Of a stretch of 64,000 nucleotides of DNA, positions 61,774-64,000 are shown in pieces. The translations under genes and the position numbers were made by a program. Source of the stretch: an uncultured delta proteobacterium (GTDB taxonomy: Bacteria; Desulfobacterota; Binatia; UBA9968); assembly GCA_963760795.1 (NCBI GenBank), contig CAVXEP010000016.1:1-64000 (forward strand), given 5' to 3'. Within the stretch, counting starts at the first letter, position 1. Each line of letters opens with the position of its first letter. Below the pieces are notes generated by a model, which ran no database searches, was not told where the DNA came from, and saw only the letters and a list, made by a program, of their open reading frames with translations.

Positions 61774-61860
61774 GTGGGGTTCGCAGTCAAGTCCACCCCG
61801 AGTTTTCGATTCGTGGCAAAGATGATGTTTGAAATCCCGCGCCGTCGACGGAAGTGAAAG

Positions 61861-61953
61861 CCGTCATGCCGGCGCAGGCCGGCATCCATCTTTGCTCCAT
61901 CGATCGCCTCGGTGCCACTATGAAATTATGGATTCCGGCTTCCGCCGGAATGA
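61861..61953. repeat. Inverted CGTC REP pair
   Basis: ccgtcatgccggcgcaggccggcatcca ... tggattccggcttccgccggaatga. Confidence 0.82.
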
Positions 61954-62069
61954 TGGAAATTAGAGTCGATGAACTCGCATCCTTCGATTTCAAAGGCGAG
62001 GGTTCACCAATGTACATTTGTTTGCGTCACCCATCGATATTGGCTACTGTCCGAAGATAATCTAAAAGT

Positions 62070-63338
62070 TTGGAGATTGTATTGGCAACTGCTGAACCGC
62101 AAAAAAAGCTTGCCTTCGCGGCGCTGCATCATAAGGATTTTCGCAGTTACTTTTGGACCACGGCGCTGGCGATGATGGCCGACAGTATCGAGCATGTGAT
62201 CAGTTACTGGCTGCTCTATCAAAAATTCCACTCGCCGGTGCTGGCCGGCTTCGCCGTGCTCAGTCACTGGACGCCGTTCCTGTTATTTGCGGTTTATTTC
62301 GGCGCCATGGCAGACCGCTACGATTGCCGCAAGGTCATCCAAGTAGCGCAAATCATGTACATGGGCGTGTCGGCGGCTTGGGCGTTTCTTTTTTGGACCG
62401 ATACGATTGAACTTTGGCATGCCTGCGTGTTGTTGGTCATTCACGGCATGGCCGGCGTGCTCTGGGGGCCCGGCAGCCAATTGCTGATTCACGACATCGT
62501 CGGCCGCGAGCAGTTGCAGAGCGCTATCCGTCTCAACTCGACAAGCCGGCAATTGGGTATTCTCTTCGGTCCCGCGGTGGGCGGCGGATTGATGTTGATC
62601 TTCAGTCCCGCGGTCGGCTTGGTGGTGAACACGTTAATATATTTGCCGCTGACGATCTGGCTCCTGACCGTGCCCTACACCGGTCACAGCCGCGCGGGTG
62701 CGGCGCCGGCGCGGCGCGCCATTGGTTGGGGCGATGCGCTTCAGGTGCTCCGTGAAGTCGCCAATAATCGGCCGATCGTCACCATGGTCATTCTTGGCGG
62801 CTGCGTGTCGTTCTTTGTCGGCACCGCTTTCCAAGCAACCATGCCCGAGTTCGCCCATGACCTTGGCACCGAAAAGGCCGGGTTTGCCTACAGCGCGCTG
62901 CTCGGCGCCAACGCCGCGGGCGCGGTCGTCGGCGGCTTTCTCCTCGAAGGCCGAGCGTGGCTGCCGCCCAGCGTCAAGACGGCGTTCATCAGCGCGATCC
63001 TGTGGTGCGTCGCCATCGCGTCCTTCGCGCTTTCGGAAAATTATTACATGTCCTTGATACTGCTCTTTTGTGCGGGCGTGTTAAATCTGACGTTTTCCTC
63101 GATGGCCCAGACCATCGTCCAGTTGCGCTCGCCGGCGCCGCTGCGCGGCCGGGTGATCGGCCTATACTCGATGGCGAGCATGGGGTTCAAGGCGTTTAGC
63201 GGGATCACGGTGGGCGTGGTCGGCGGCTTGATCGGCGTGCACTGGTCGTTGGCGCTGAGCGCGATGGTGCTCATGACGATAACACTGGTTCTTTTCGCCT
63301 TCGCGATTCCCGGCTTGAGGCAAGGGGAGTCGGGCTAG
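62070..63338 (+). CDS. MFS transporter, tandem copy 2
   Basis: FAALHHKDFR, IEHVISYW, MADRYDCRK. Confidence 0.9.
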   Translation: MEIVLATAEPQKKLAFAALHHKDFRSYFWTTALAMMADSIEHVISYWLLYQKFHSPVLAGFAVLSHWTPFLLFAVYFGAMADRYDCRKVIQVAQIMYMGVSAAWAFLFWTDTIELWHACVLLVIHGMAGVLWGPGSQLLIHDIVGREQLQSAIRLNSTSRQLGILFGPAVGGGLMLIFSPAVGLVVNTLIYLPLTIWLLTVPYTGHSRAGAAPARRAIGWGDALQVLREVANNRPIVTMVILGGCVSFFVGTAFQATMPEFAHDLGTEKAGFAYSALLGANAAGAVVGGFLLEGRAWLPPSVKTAFISAILWCVAIASFALSENYYMSLILLFCAGVLNLTFSSMAQTIVQLRSPAPLRGRVIGLYSMASMGFKAFSGITVGVVGGLIGVHWSLALSAMVLMTITLVLFAFAIPGLRQGESG

Positions 63339-63425
63339 TCTGTTCACAACCTTCGAACCGTTCAAAACGTTTGAGGCTCGATAGATTTGACCCGTCGTGG
63401 CAAGTCCCAGCGAGTAATTTGACGA

Positions 63426-64000
63426 ATGACTGCAAAAACTAATTCTCCGAGGGATGCGCCGGCAGCCATATCCGCCGGCCGTGTCGCTTTCGCCGCGCTG
63501 CACCATCCCGACTATCGCAAATATTTTGTCGTCATCATGTTGGCGCAGATGGGCGACAACATCGAGCATGTAATCAGCTACTGGCTGCTCTACCAAAAAT
63601 TTCACTCGCCGGTGCTGGCCGGGTTTGCCGTCATCAGCCACTGGACGCCGTTTCTATTTTTCGCCGTCTATTTCGGCGCGTTGGCGGATCGCCATGATTG
63701 CCGCCGGCTGATCCAAACCGCCCAAGCCATGTACGGCTTGGTATCGCTTACCTGGGGCATCTTATTTCTCACCGACACTATCGAAGTTTGGCATGCCTGC
63801 GCGCTGCTTGTGCTCCACGGCCTGTCGGGCGTCTTGGGCCAGCCCGCTAGCCAACTGATCATTCACGACATCGTCGGCCGGGAATATTTGCAAAGCGCGG
63901 TGCGGTTGAACTCCACGGGACGCAACATCGCGGTTCTTTTCGGTCCCGCCGTTGGCGGTGCGACGATGCTTTGGTTCGGCGGGCCGGCCGGTCTGTTTAT
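63426..64000 (+). CDS. MFS transporter, tandem copy 3 (runs off the window)
   Basis: MTAKTNS...VAFAALHHPDYRKYF...DNIEHVISYW, open to the edge. Confidence 0.88.
   Translation, partial: MTAKTNSPRDAPAAISAGRVAFAALHHPDYRKYFVVIMLAQMGDNIEHVISYWLLYQKFHSPVLAGFAVISHWTPFLFFAVYFGALADRHDCRRLIQTAQAMYGLVSLTWGILFLTDTIEVWHACALLVLHGLSGVLGQPASQLIIHDIVGREYLQSAVRLNSTGRNIAVLFGPAVGGATMLWFGGPAGLF

Noticed and set aside
1-64000. tRNA (including tRNA-Sec), rRNA, prophage or defence systems
   Set aside because: None recognisable by eye; tRNAscan-SE and DefenseFinder would be needed to exclude them formally.

Overview
GC-rich bacterial window dominated by catabolic and transport genes: 8 NMT1/SsuA-type solute-binding proteins without permeases, 6 amidohydrolases, UbiD, a Rieske oxygenase, cupins and 5 MFS transporters. 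This repertoire resembles Ca. Binatota, but host identity is only an inference. Signals the ORF track misses: (1) two probable selenoproteins with in-frame UGA, a GST with U-P-Y-A at 25744-26304 and a UGSC-family protein at 39745-40296, each followed exactly 11 nt later by an 8-bp SECIS-like hairpin; (2) two near-identical c-di-GMP-II-type riboswitches with overlapping terminators (predicted ON switches), one before and one inside a stand-alone TadE/TadE/TadG-vWA/TadE minor-pilin cassette, the first just after a sigma54-like promoter; (3) a GIY-YIG nuclease flanked by inverted CGTC-type REP palindromes, one split by an IS30-family element whose transposase takes its stop codon from the REP; (4) several dispersed repeat families. 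About 16 frameshifts are all single-base insertions, which points to assembly error rather than pseudogenisation. All calls come from reading motifs by eye; no searches were run.
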